A stretch of DNA of 64,000 bases from the IMG/VR virus record IMGVR_UViG_3300021142_000004; one strand, written 5' to 3'. The stretch is from a virus. Under the pieces are notes generated by a model. It was given only the letters and a program-made list of their open reading frames with translations. It searched no databases and was not told the origin of the DNA. Of this stretch, positions 21,601 to 30,491 are shown one piece after another (position 1 is the first letter of the stretch; each line of letters starts with the position of its first letter). A program made the position numbers and the translations under genes.

Positions 21601-23360
21601 TCAGTAGTAACTAAATGTAAATTATATAAAGGATTTGATGTTCCTATTCCTAATCTATTATTTGTATTATTCCAAGTAAGTCCAGTACTACCACTAAATA
21701 GACCATTATTATTAAATTGAATTTGACTATTTAAACCACCGGCAGTTGTACCCGTAGTAAATCCACTTACATTAAATGTTCCACCAGTATTATTTGTAAA
21801 CGTTGCAGTACCTGCACTATATGTACCACCAGTGACATATGTATCCCTTATACCTGTTAAATTAGATCCATTACCATAAAATGTACCACCTGATATTGTT
21901 GTTGCAGATAATATACCGTTTATTGTTAATCCAGTAAAATTATTTATATTTACAGATATATTTTGTTGACCATTATTTTGTAATAATGTTAAAGTATTAC
22001 TTGAATATGTAAGACCTGTAACATATGTATCTGTATATCCTGTAATATATCCATTTGGATTAGTACTATTATAAGGGGTATAACCTAATGCAGTTGTTAT
22101 TTGAGAAGTTGTTAACGTTACGCCTGATGCGTTTCCATAATATGTACCACCTGATATTGTTGTTGCAGTTAAACCAGTAACAATACCACCTGTGAATGGT
22201 GTTGTAAATCCACTTACATTAAATGTTCCACCTGTATTATTTGTAAATATTACTGTTCCATTTGAATATGTACCACCCGTAACAAAGGTATCTGTATATC
22301 CTGTAATATATCTATTTGGATTTGTACTATTATAAGGGGTATAACCTAATGCAACATTTATTTGTTGTTGTGTTAAACCTGTGATACCCGAACCATTACC
22401 ATAGAAAGTTCCACCACTAATAGTTGTGGCAGAAATTGAAGTACCATATAATGTTCCCGTTAATGTACCACCAGATAAAAAAAGATACTGACCATTATCC
22501 GTATAACCTGTATATAAACCAGATACTGTAAATGTGTTTCCACTATTATTTGTAAATGTTATAACACCATTATTATAAGTACCACCAGTGACATATGTAT
22601 CCCTTATACCTGTTAAATTAGATCCATTACCATAAAATGTACCACCTGATATTGTTGTTGCAGATAATATATTATTAATTACAACTAAATTATTATCAAA
22701 TTGTCCATATATTAATGGTGTTGTTGTTGCGGTATTAGATATATAAAGTTTATTTGAACCTGTTTCTTTATACCCAGATTGAAACCCTAAAAAAAGATTA
22801 CCACTACCTAATGAATTAAAACCAGCCTGATTACCAAAAGCAGTATTAGTATTACCAGTAACATTACTATATAATCCACTAGTACCGAATACCGCATTAT
22901 TATTTGCGGTTGTAATGTTAGTTAATGATAATCCACCATAAGCCGTATTATTTTGTCCCGTAATTCCTGAAAAATTACCAGATAATACACCAAAAAATAA
23001 ATTATTTATACCATACGATTGAAATATAGGAACATTATTTTGTAATATAACACCATATGTTGAACCAGTTGTGGTCGGTATCGAAAGGGCATTACTATTA
23101 ATATTACTGTTACTATCAAGTAATTTAACCCAATTACTAAATACAGTAGAATCCCCACCTTTAAAATAATAAACACCATTATTAGTGGTAGACCCGGTGT
23201 CTCCATATACAGATACAGTCATACCAGAATATTTAGAACCAAAAGTTGTTGATCCTGTTAAATCTGACTGATATTGCACCCATTGTCTAGCATCTAATGG
23301 TGCTGAATTTTGTATTTCATATGAAGAAATAAATCCTACATTACCTTGTATTCTACTCAT
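18696..23360 (-). CDS. Long tail fibre protein with internal duplications and a CBM5/12-like motif
   Basis: 1554 aa, G/T/S-rich; GNVGIGT repeats; WNNSTTYSVGQSVSNGGNTY. Confidence 0.8.
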   Translation of the reverse strand: MSRIQGNVGFISSYEIQNSAPLDARQWVQYQSDLTGSTTFGSKYSGMTVSVYGDTGSTTNNGVYYFKGGDSTVFSNWVKLLDSNSNINSNALSIPTTTGSTYGVILQNNVPIFQSYGINNLFFGVLSGNFSGITGQNNTAYGGLSLTNITTANNNAVFGTSGLYSNVTGNTNTAFGNQAGFNSLGSGNLFLGFQSGYKETGSNKLYISNTATTTPLIYGQFDNNLVVINNILSATTISGGTFYGNGSNLTGIRDTYVTGGTYNNGVITFTNNSGNTFTVSGLYTGYTDNGQYLFLSGGTLTGTLYGTSISATTISGGTFYGNGSGITGLTQQQINVALGYTPYNSTNPNRYITGYTDTFVTGGTYSNGTVIFTNNTGGTFNVSGFTTPFTGGIVTGLTATTISGGTYYGNASGVTLTTSQITTALGYTPYNSTNPNGYITGYTDTYVTGLTYSSNTLTLLQNNGQQNISVNINNFTGLTINGILSATTISGGTFYGNGSNLTGIRDTYVTGGTYSAGTATFTNNTGGTFNVSGFTTGTTAGGLNSQIQFNNNGLFSGSTGLTWNNTNNRLGIGTSNPLYNLHLVTTDGTYFYGSSGSNYFSHTQASDNNSSHVLNFFINGGGGATLTVNNGFNFNSAITATNVNSNGTLTIGPQSTDAILSLLSNNGYSQYITFRENGNYTSALLGTSTGFQSSSNGSLQFRLQTLNGVPPSTITSGQLVMELFKTGNVGIGTNNIDPKSLLSVTQPTTGIGTVTTLGTIITGLGTQFTNTFKVGDTISLGSLPTIWNNSTTYSVGQSVSNGGNTYIVTTGGTGGTGPTGISITPTQFPNGTGPYFAYNVFTILTVTDDTHLTTTTLPTIPTAINYNLIGGTVFSAKGNGNITLSGGLTWSPSTGTLQVTGGGLTLNSTNSIYGSITMTAAAGVTITQGGLSVNAQSFKVAGPNGNSGGLTWNGTQLSFSNSATNYNIILTAGLQNGAISSNPFYIIGQAPGGVNIKGGSIYLAGGNGGNNPGDIILGIDTSNKVAGNVSIGTSTVSSLFQVYQPLTGVGTVSISSGSTILTGTNTQFTNTFKINDTITISGTTYTITSITSDTSLGLSTAAVTGLTGQSYTLTGGNRFSVKGNGNVLIGTTIDNGTKLQVSGDTYVSGSVSATTISGGTFYGNGANITGIAGTINGLTSSQVVFANSSTTITGSTGFTWNITGQTLSISGSSTIQGTTGILSIIGTNTINAAQPGLYVSRGANPYGPALSADLPARSIAVFNQGSNNTYIHSGAISNTGGLTINPYGGDITLGGTYNSSGSAVSIYGNGSTHNTNSFSVWNNFTPTFRIFNITSGGNVSVGGTGNTVFQVYQPITGIGTVTITSGSTTVTGTNTQFTNTFKINDTITISGTTYTITGVTSDTSLGLSTPAAVTGLTGQSYTLTGGNRFSVKGNGNVLIGTTNDNGTKLQISGDTYVSGSVSATTYYGDGSHLTGISGGGTFTGGTVSGPTTFISGLTANTISLTSVLSGFIPNKMTNAQRTALGTPPTGTIVYCTDATEGLYLYKSFGWVQIA
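18966..19127. repeat. Near-identical repeat with 19896-20057 (930-bp offset)
   Basis: Direct comparison; few mismatches. Confidence 0.8.
21823..21915. repeat. 93-bp identical repeat shared with 22579-22671
   Basis: Direct comparison within the long fibre gene. Confidence 0.8.
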
Positions 23361-23374
23361 TGTTTAATATTTTT

Positions 23375-24676
23375 TTAAGTCCATGTTAAATAAAGAAGTG
23401 GAGAACTTGTCGCACCTCTAGTTGAACCATTATATGTATATTTTTTATAATTTATTCCATTATATGTGTATGGTGAACTTAACACCCAATTATTAACTTC
23501 ATCACCCCAACTTTGTCCACCCCATAACCATATATGTAATGTTTTTGTTATTCCCGTTGGTACTAATAATGTTTGTCTATAACCTAATCCATTACCCCCA
23601 CCATCAAGTTCTGATGCAAAATTCACTCCAATACCATTACCAAGAGAAGTTAATGATGAAGGTGCAATACTTGGTGGGTTTATCATTGATATCAATGATA
23701 ATTTAGTAAATCCACTAATTGCACTTAAACTACCATTATAAACTGTGGCATATAACGGATAAACACCCTCAACTTTTAATGTATTTGTGGGATATATAAT
23801 AGTTCCACTTGGTAATGGTGTACTATATACATTACCTTTATTATCATATGGTTGTGGACCAGCACTATAAGAAACACTAGAATTAAAATACATATATCCT
23901 GTTTGTCCTGTTATAGTATATGTATACCCACTTCCAACTTGTGAAATTGTTGTACCAATATTTTGTCCACTAAATGTATAACCTGTCTCAGTACCCGATC
24001 TCGGATTTTGAGTTTGACCATTTAATACAATTGTTCCTCCACTAAAACGTCCAGTAATTGTTGTATTAAATGTTGTTGTTACAGCACTAATTTCTAATAA
24101 TGAAGATAAATTAACACTAAGAAAATATGATGGTGCGTTTAATGTGGGGTATACTGTTGGAAACAATAAATCATCAAATATACTTGTAAATGTTCTCCCT
24201 GACAATTGAGCAACTGTCGTACCTCCAGAAATACCACCAACACCATTACTTGTTAAACCTGAAAATAATGTTGTTTGGTATGTATCAACCATACCAGTGG
24301 TAAAACCTGATACCTGAAATGTACCTCCACTATTATTTGTAAAAGTTGCATTACCTGTTTGAGGGTCAAATGTACCACCAGTTATTGTTAAATCACTAGA
24401 CAATACCGATAAATCAAGTGTAGAACCAGTACCACCAGTTGAATTATATAACGTAATTTGATAATTAGATGAATTGAATGTACCTCCAGTAATGTTATTT
24501 GGATTGTTTTGAGTATTACCACTACTAATAAAATCAAATATACTAGTACCACTTATATACAAATTTTTAGCATATACATTATCAATCGGTGTATTTAATT
24601 GACCGATATCTATTGTATAACCAGAAGGAATGTTAACACTATCTATTTGTGTCCAATCTATTCTACGTAATGACAT
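23375..24676 (-). CDS. Tail-fibre-associated virion protein
   Basis: G/T-rich; shares the ITGGT..ATFTNNSGGTF module with the fibres. Confidence 0.65.
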   Translation of the reverse strand: MSLRRIDWTQIDSVNIPSGYTIDIGQLNTPIDNVYAKNLYISGTSIFDFISSGNTQNNPNNITGGTFNSSNYQITLYNSTGGTGSTLDLSVLSSDLTITGGTFDPQTGNATFTNNSGGTFQVSGFTTGMVDTYQTTLFSGLTSNGVGGISGGTTVAQLSGRTFTSIFDDLLFPTVYPTLNAPSYFLSVNLSSLLEISAVTTTFNTTITGRFSGGTIVLNGQTQNPRSGTETGYTFSGQNIGTTISQVGSGYTYTITGQTGYMYFNSSVSYSAGPQPYDNKGNVYSTPLPSGTIIYPTNTLKVEGVYPLYATVYNGSLSAISGFTKLSLISMINPPSIAPSSLTSLGNGIGVNFASELDGGGNGLGYRQTLLVPTGITKTLHIWLWGGQSWGDEVNNWVLSSPYTYNGINYKKYTYNGSTRGATSSPLLYLTWT

Positions 24677-24725
24677 ATTTACTTATTATTATTAAATAAA
24701 TAGTTTATAAATAGTTATGGGCATA

Positions 24726-24753
24726 AAAAAAGGAAGATTAATCTTCCTTTTTT
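24726..24753 (-). terminator. Intrinsic terminator
   Basis: Palindrome AAAAAAGGAAGATT/AATCTTCCTTTTTT at the end of the glutaredoxin gene. Confidence 0.7.
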
Positions 24754-25025
24754 AAAATATATTCATTAATTAAATTAATTATATCATCTTCACTTTGATA
24801 ATCTCTACCAGGTACAAATACCGTTCCATCTTCACTACCTTCATTTCGTATAAAAACTGTTGGTAAAAGATTATAACCTGTTTGTTCAACTACTTGACTC
24901 CAAATATCAGGATTTTGTGTTATCTCAATTTCATTAAAAAATATATTTTGTGTAATTAGTCTTTTTTTTAAACTTTCACAATGTCCACAACCTAATAATG
25001 TGAACACAATCACATCGTTTCCCAT
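24738..25025 (-). CDS. Glutaredoxin-like protein
   Basis: CGHC active site, LPTVFI. Confidence 0.85.
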   Translation of the reverse strand: MGNDVIVFTLLGCGHCESLKKRLITQNIFFNEIEITQNPDIWSQVVEQTGYNLLPTVFIRNEGSEDGTVFVPGRDYQSEDDIINLINEYILKKED

Positions 25026-25330
25026 TATAAAGTATTTAATACATCTTTATAGAACTTGTCTGAATTAACACCTGATGATCTATGTTTTAATTCTTTTCCA
25101 TTATAAATTAATACTGTAGGTATTCCAGTTACACCTAATGCGACGGCAAAATCTCTATTTTGATCAACATCTATCTTAATAAATGTAACATCTGGATATT
25201 CTTTTTCGATTGACTCCAATCTTGGTATTAGTTGTTTGCATGGGCCGCACCAAACACCGAATAGATCCACCAAAATTTTTTTACCACCTTCTTGTAATTC
25301 TTTTAATTTTTCTGCATTTACATTTTCCAT
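25025..25330 (-). CDS. trxA: Thioredoxin
   Basis: WCGPC, GIPT. Confidence 0.92.
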   Translation of the reverse strand: MENVNAEKLKELQEGGKKILVDLFGVWCGPCKQLIPRLESIEKEYPDVTFIKIDVDQNRDFAVALGVTGIPTVLIYNGKELKHRSSGVNSDKFYKDVLNTL

Positions 25331-26175
25331 TACTTAAATCCTATTTTACTTGTGTTATTTGTTTTGAATAATTCAACATCTATATTATATATATCCGCTA
25401 ATACCATTTCTTCATTAACAGTTTCCTCTTTACCTAAATGTTTTAATAATTTATTTGTTTCTTCTACATTTAATTTACCAAATTTATGTTCGGCAATTAA
25501 CCTACCCTTACGAAGTAATGCAGAATCAATTCTTTCTCTTTTCATATTAAAGGTTGCAATTATCTGTATATTAAGACAATCACCTAAAATACCATCAGTC
25601 AAATTAAGTATATTTGAAACACCTGTTGGTGATCCACTTGTCTCTCTATCACTAATTACCCTTTCAGCATCTTCAATAATTAATATTGAATTTTTGTTTT
25701 CCATTAAGAATGGGATAATACTTGGTTCAGATAATGAATCCGCCATTGATGGTGGAATAAATAATATTTCTTTATCTGTTATTAACTTGGAAAGATATTT
25801 TAAATATGATGTATTATGTGATAATATATCGTTTGTATAATATCTGTGATTAGAATCGTCATCTAATTCTAGATCAAACATATTTTCTTCATAATCAAGT
25901 TTAGTTACTTCAATTACTTCAGATTCTGTTAATAAATCATCACCAAAACAACATATTTTATCACCAATTTTTAAATCTTTAACAAAAACCTCTTCCATAT
26001 CATCCATATAAAAGACAATATGATTATCTGCACATTTTAATTCATTACCATCCGATAATTTAATATGGTAAACCTCATAAGGTATCGTTTTATGTATAAC
26101 ATTAATATCTACCCAACCATTATCTGTTAAAACTTCAATATCTTCTAATATTGTACTCTGTATAAATTTTTTCAT
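25330..26175 (-). CDS. Split intein C-half (121 aa) fused to AAA+ ATPase C-extein
   Basis: VLTDNGW, block B CADNH, block F MFDLEL, block G LSHN|T; then Walker B LIIEDAE, sensor ATFN and Arg finger ALLRKGR. Confidence 0.92.
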   Translation of the reverse strand: MKKFIQSTILEDIEVLTDNGWVDINVIHKTIPYEVYHIKLSDGNELKCADNHIVFYMDDMEEVFVKDLKIGDKICCFGDDLLTESEVIEVTKLDYEENMFDLELDDDSNHRYYTNDILSHNTSYLKYLSKLITDKEILFIPPSMADSLSEPSIIPFLMENKNSILIIEDAERVISDRETSGSPTGVSNILNLTDGILGDCLNIQIIATFNMKRERIDSALLRKGRLIAEHKFGKLNVEETNKLLKHLGKEETVNEEMVLADIYNIDVELFKTNNTSKIGFK

Positions 26176-26181
26176 TTTTTT

Positions 26182-26440
26182 TTATTTATTTATAAATTCG
26201 TTACAAATTTTTATAACCTCATCTTTATTTTTTTTCATACTCACGTTTTTTACCTTTTCCTCTATTTTTAAAAATAAATTCAGATTTTTCAATTCCAAAT
26301 TTATTTATGATTTCTTGTTTATTTAAACCTCTACTAATATTAATTTTTTCTCTTTCTTCATTTGTTTTACTATAATAAGTTTCATTTCTTTTTTTAATAA
26401 TTTCATTAATTTTTTCTTTTGAACATATTAAATATGCAGG
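26182..26440 (-). pseudogene. Decayed homing endonuclease relic between the split-intein halves
   Basis: ATG-less frame ...INKFGIEKSE... followed by frameshifted KNKDEVIKICNEFINK*, resembling the C-terminus of Vsr-like homing endonucleases. Confidence 0.5.
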
Positions 26441-26451
26441 AAAGGGTAGAA

Positions 26452-27132
26452 CTACATTAAATCTTCAATATTTATTATTGATACTTCTTTAGTTTTTTTA
26501 TTTCTTATTTTAATTTTTGTTTTACCTATGACACACTTACCTGTACCCGGATCTCCATGTAAAAGGATAATACCCTTGTCATTTTTCTTGTTTAATCTGT
26601 CAACAATAACATTATGTATCTCAAGAAATTTCTTCCCGTAATTCAACTCTAAATCAATATCTGGTACTATCAAATCATATTCTTCTTTATCCAAATGACC
26701 CATATCTGTTTTAACTAGGTTTATATTAGATTTCTTTTTAGGTCTTTCATATGTTTTAATGACATTAAAATCTAATTGTTCTTCCAAAGACCCTCTAGTT
26801 AGATTGTAATAAAAATCAATAGAGATTAGATCATTCTTTTTATCATTATCAAAATTAACAACAAACATTAATGTTTTTTTACGATTAACATATAATGTTA
26901 AATGATACATACTATGTTGTCTTTTGTTTGACTCAATCCTAACTTCTTTACTAAAACCTTCTTTATTAAAATATTCTAATATTGTTTGATCATAAAACAA
27001 TGTAGTTGAACGTTTTGAAGGTAATGAATCAAATAAATGTGTAAATAATTGTTCCGTTGGTAGATCTGCACCATATGCCTCATCATAGAAATTATAGTCT
27101 GTTGGTAAATAATTACCTATTTTTTTACTCAT
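26452..27132 (-). CDS. AAA+ ATPase N-extein fused to a 27-aa split intein N-half
   Basis: ILLHGDPGTGK|CVIGKTKIKIRNKKTKEVSIINIEDLM*. Likely start MSKKIG at 27132 (track 27192). Confidence 0.9.
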   Translation of the reverse strand: MSKKIGNYLPTDYNFYDEAYGADLPTEQLFTHLFDSLPSKRSTTLFYDQTILEYFNKEGFSKEVRIESNKRQHSMYHLTLYVNRKKTLMFVVNFDNDKKNDLISIDFYYNLTRGSLEEQLDFNVIKTYERPKKKSNINLVKTDMGHLDKEEYDLIVPDIDLELNYGKKFLEIHNVIVDRLNKKNDKGIILLHGDPGTGKCVIGKTKIKIRNKKTKEVSIINIEDLM

Positions 27133-27169
27133 AAAATAATAATAATTGAAAATAATGATAAAATAAAGA

Positions 27170-27478
27170 TTAATTAAGACATACTGGTTCAAAACCAGTT
27201 ACATCCATGAAAATATTGTTTTTTTCTTCCTGTGGGTATTCTTTTTTTGCAATTGATATAACTTTTGTTGTCTTTCTCAAAAGTTCAAATTGAACTTCCG
27301 ATAACATTGGTTCACCATTCTTATCAAAATTCTTTTGAGCAATTTCTTCCAAATATTTGAAGAATATTTCTTCATCACCGTTATCTAAAAAATAACGTTT
27401 TGATTCTTCATTACTATTAAAGAATTTCTTTACTGTTTGGATATATATTAAAACTTCGGGTGACATATTCTCTATCAT
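27170..27478 (-). CDS. Hypothetical protein
   Basis: 102-aa ORF in operon. Confidence 0.6.
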   Translation of the reverse strand: MIENMSPEVLIYIQTVKKFFNSNEESKRYFLDNGDEEIFFKYLEEIAQKNFDKNGEPMLSEVQFELLRKTTKVISIAKKEYPQEEKNNIFMDVTGFEPVCLN

Positions 27479-27483
27479 AAATA

Positions 27484-28329
27484 TTAATAATTCATAATTA
27501 ATAATTCCAAACCTTCATTTTGTGTACCATCTTTTTTCGCTGATGCCGCCTTCTTAAACGCCTTAACTTCCCATCTATAACTTAATTTTGGAAACCATTG
27601 TTCCAATTTAGGGAAATCATAATATGATAGACTAAATCTACCCTGAATACGTTTTAAACGTGAAGCAAGTCTTTCATGGTCAGCACTATCAAAATCATGG
27701 TTGGAATAATAGTTTTCAGTTTTCCAATATGGTGGGTCCATGTAAAAATATGTTTTCTCAGAGTCATATTTCTTAATTACTTCCTCAAAATCCATATTTT
27801 CAATGAATGTAATCTTATCAAAATGTGCACGATATTCAGGATGTTTAAGTTTATCCAAGAAAATTAATACCTTACAACGATACTTCCCTTTATAATCCGT
27901 ATACTTTGCAGTCTCAGGTTTTGAACCAGAAAAAACTTGTGATAAGACATATACATATTTACAAGCAACTTCAAAATTAGGTTCATCTCCAATTACAAAC
28001 TCAGGATCAAATATTTCTTTTTGATACTGATTATACATTTCTCTATACTCTGGTGGTGTATTCTCAACACCTAATTGTTGACAAGGGTATTTACTTAATT
28101 CTTCATGTAATCTGTCATAATGTTTAGCACATTTCATTAAATTTGAATTAAGACCATTAAAGTCATTATATACCACCGTTTTTAAGTTTGGGTACTTATT
28201 CAAATCCATGTTAAAAAACACCCAAAACATACCTGAAAATCCTTCTACGTATGTTTCTATGTCTTGAGGGATGTATTCTACTATCCATTTACCTATTCTT
28301 GACTTACCACCAATGTAACTAATACACAT
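27484..28329 (-). CDS. dam: DNA adenine methyltransferase (Dam/D12 class)
   Basis: SYIGGKS, YVEGFSG, YNDF, DPPY. Confidence 0.88.
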   Translation of the reverse strand: MCISYIGGKSRIGKWIVEYIPQDIETYVEGFSGMFWVFFNMDLNKYPNLKTVVYNDFNGLNSNLMKCAKHYDRLHEELSKYPCQQLGVENTPPEYREMYNQYQKEIFDPEFVIGDEPNFEVACKYVYVLSQVFSGSKPETAKYTDYKGKYRCKVLIFLDKLKHPEYRAHFDKITFIENMDFEEVIKKYDSEKTYFYMDPPYWKTENYYSNHDFDSADHERLASRLKRIQGRFSLSYYDFPKLEQWFPKLSYRWEVKAFKKAASAKKDGTQNEGLELLIMNY

Positions 28330-28334
28330 AATTT

Positions 28335-28640
28335 TTATTTTTTTCTGTACTTTTTTTTATTTTTTATTATTTCAATAACCTCATCAAATATAATTTTTTT
28401 TCTTGATAAAAAGAAATTACTTTCAAAATAAAATCCCTGATATATTTTTTCAGGAAACATTCTACCAACAATAAACATATTAACTAAACACTTTTTAATA
28501 TTTTCATATTGTTCAATTTCCCCCATTTCAGATAATAATTCATCTGCAACTTAGTATATAATATTAAATTCAGTATTTTCGGTAATTAACTCTTGTTGTT
28601 TTACTGACTGATCAAAATCTTTTTTTTTAATTAATTTATA
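28335..28640 (-). pseudogene. Small ORF, possibly a pseudogene with an in-frame TAA
   Basis: Frame KYKLIKKKDFDQ...NIIY*VADELLSEMGEIEQ; only the 63-aa part from 28526 is open. Confidence 0.3.
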
Positions 28641-28654
28641 CTTTTATTGTGTGA

Positions 28655-28662
28655 CAAATATA
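28655..28662 (-). promoter_or_regulatory. Bacteroidota-type -7 element TATATTTG
   Basis: Matches TAnnTTTG at the head of the leftward dam/AAA operon. Confidence 0.5.
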
Positions 28663-28740
28663 AATAAAATATTTTAAATAAAAAAATGAATCAAAAATTT
28701 TTTATTGATTAAATGATTTTTATTTTATATATTTAATATT

Positions 28741-28893
28741 ATGGGATGTACAAGTTGTAAAAAGAATTCAAATTATAAAGATCAAATAATTCAAAGTACT
28801 AAAAATGTTGAGAAAGGTATTGTATGGTTTAGTGTTATCTGGACATTATTAGCATTATATGGTCTATATAGTTTAATTAGAAATATTTTTTAA
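28741..28893 (+). CDS. Small membrane protein (50 aa, MGCTSCKK... plus TM helix), absent from ORF track
   Basis: ATG 28741 to TAA 28893, TAATG-coupled to the next gene; hydrophobic C-terminal helix. Confidence 0.65.
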   Translation: MGCTSCKKNSNYKDQIIQSTKNVEKGIVWFSVIWTLLALYGLYSLIRNIF

Positions 28894-29531
28894 TGAAAAA
28901 TGGTAAATATTTTATAGTACTCTTTTGCAATAAAAAAAGAGTAAAAACGTTATATAGATGTAAAAAAAGACATACTGTTTATGAGTATTGGTACGAATTC
29001 AAGACTCAAAAGAAACCCCCATTTATAAAACTCCAAGGTAGAAAACGTAACCTAGAATTAACATATGAATTAGCACTGATCTTTCCAAATAATAGATGGG
29101 CAACAAACCCTTGGGTTAAAGATAGTTTAGGTAGAAATATTGAAGCTAAGATTGAAGATAATAAATTCCGTATAAAAGAAATGATCCCATATTGGGAAGA
29201 AGAACTTATATATGATTTCAGTATTAAAAAAAGAATACGTTATCATATTATGATGGAATATATTGAATCAATAAATGATGTTGCCCAAATATTCACATTA
29301 AATAATAAATTATTTGTTCAAGTTGAAAATGATATACGTTTATTTGGTAATAAGAATATTGCAGATACAGAAAGATTATTTGAAATTGTTCGAGCAGACT
29401 TATTGAAAAAGAAAAAAGGTAATTTTATCTTTGTTAAAGACATAACTACCTCTCAGAGAAAACAACTCTATGAACTATTAGAATCAAAAGGATTTAAAAG
29501 AACAGAATTATTTAGACACTATTCTTATTAA
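28893..29531 (+). CDS. Hypothetical basic protein
   Basis: 212-aa ORF. Confidence 0.6.
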   Translation: MKNGKYFIVLFCNKKRVKTLYRCKKRHTVYEYWYEFKTQKKPPFIKLQGRKRNLELTYELALIFPNNRWATNPWVKDSLGRNIEAKIEDNKFRIKEMIPYWEEELIYDFSIKKRIRYHIMMEYIESINDVAQIFTLNNKLFVQVENDIRLFGNKNIADTERLFEIVRADLLKKKKGNFIFVKDITTSQRKQLYELLESKGFKRTELFRHYSY

Positions 29532-29745
29532 AGATAAAATCGGTATCACCAACTTTAACATTAAATGTTTCTTCTGGTAATTCCATATTCATTGCAAATT
29601 TACTTTGTATTGTAGAAAACATCTTTTTATATTCTTCCACACCTACTTCCAAAATCACCGTTTTAGATTTTGGTTTAATTTTTAATTTATCAAGCAAATC
29701 GGAAACTTGTGCAAGATCCACTAATAACTCATCTTTCTTTTCCAT
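29512..29745 (-). CDS. Hypothetical protein
   Basis: 77-aa ORF, TAATG-coupled. Confidence 0.55.
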   Translation of the reverse strand: MEKKDELLVDLAQVSDLLDKLKIKPKSKTVILEVGVEEYKKMFSTIQSKFAMNMELPEETFNVKVGDTDFIFNKNSV

Positions 29746-29948
29746 TATTTAATATTAAAAATTCTTTTTATTTTATCAAAAAAAGTTAATTTCTTTTTTG
29801 GTGGAAACATCTTGGTTTTATCCAATTGTTTAATTTCCTCAATCATCTTCTTCTTCTGAATCTGAATCTCTATCGAATCCTTCGTCAATTCCTTGTCCAA
29901 CCAAGTTAATGCTTGTTGAATCCTCCTGTCCGGTTTCTTGTTCTCCAT
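29745..29948 (-). CDS. Hypothetical protein
   Basis: 67-aa ORF overlapping the upstream gene by 110 nt. Confidence 0.5.
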   Translation of the reverse strand: MENKKPDRRIQQALTWLDKELTKDSIEIQIQKKKMIEEIKQLDKTKMFPPKKKLTFFDKIKRIFNIK

Positions 29949-30309
29949 TATCTGATATAAAATTTAATTCTTTTAATTTATCTAATGATTGATTTTTAAA
30001 AAGAAGTTCTAACTCTTTTACTTTTGACATAAAGAGTTTATGTTTTTCTTCTTCTTCTTTATTAGTAACAATTATATCTAATGCACATGTTAATGCAACA
30101 TTATATCCTTCTTCAGTACCAACTGCAATCAATGATAGTAATGTAAATCTTTCATTCTTATCTTGTATCTTTGTCTTTATTGACCTATAAGGTTTAATTA
30201 TCTCATCATATGACCAATTTATTGGAACTTTAATATCCAAACTAACATTATTGTCAATCTCCCTTAATGAGAAAAAATAGGGTTTCAATTTTCTTATATA
30301 TTCAAACAT
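29839..30309 (-). CDS. Hypothetical protein with acidic tail
   Basis: Likely start MFEYIRK at 30309 (track 30330). Confidence 0.6.
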   Translation of the reverse strand: MFEYIRKLKPYFFSLREIDNNVSLDIKVPINWSYDEIIKPYRSIKTKIQDKNERFTLLSLIAVGTEEGYNVALTCALDIIVTNKEEEEKHKLFMSKVKELELLFKNQSLDKLKELNFISDNGEQETGQEDSTSINLVGQGIDEGFDRDSDSEEEDD

Positions 30310-30314
30310 TTCTT

Positions 30315-30491
30315 TTAATTTAAAAAACAAGTTATTATGTATGATGATGAAAAATATAAAATAATTTTTTCAATCTCATTTATTTTTATTGGAGTTGGTT
30401 CTTCTTGAAAGAATTTAAGACCAAACTCAATTAGAAATCGTAATGAATAAATAATACTCAATACGAATAAAAATACTTTAATCTGATGCAT
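30315..30491 (-). CDS. Small two-TM membrane protein (58 aa), absent from ORF track
   Basis: MHQIKVFLFVLSIIYSLRFLIEFG...IILYFSSSYIITCFLN*; fills the intergenic gap. Confidence 0.55.
   Translation of the reverse strand: MHQIKVFLFVLSIIYSLRFLIEFGLKFFQEEPTPIKINEIEKIILYFSSSYIITCFLN

Noticed and set aside
11120-22671. Diversity-generating retroelement (TR/VR pair) in the fibre repeats
   Set aside because: There is no reverse transcriptase in the window. Both copies are coding, and the differences are mostly synonymous rather than adenine-specific.
26176-26451. Group I/II intron joining the AAA halves (they share a frame)
   Set aside because: No recognisable intron core in this short AT-rich gap. 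IntC has its own ATG, and both halves carry complete split-intein motifs.
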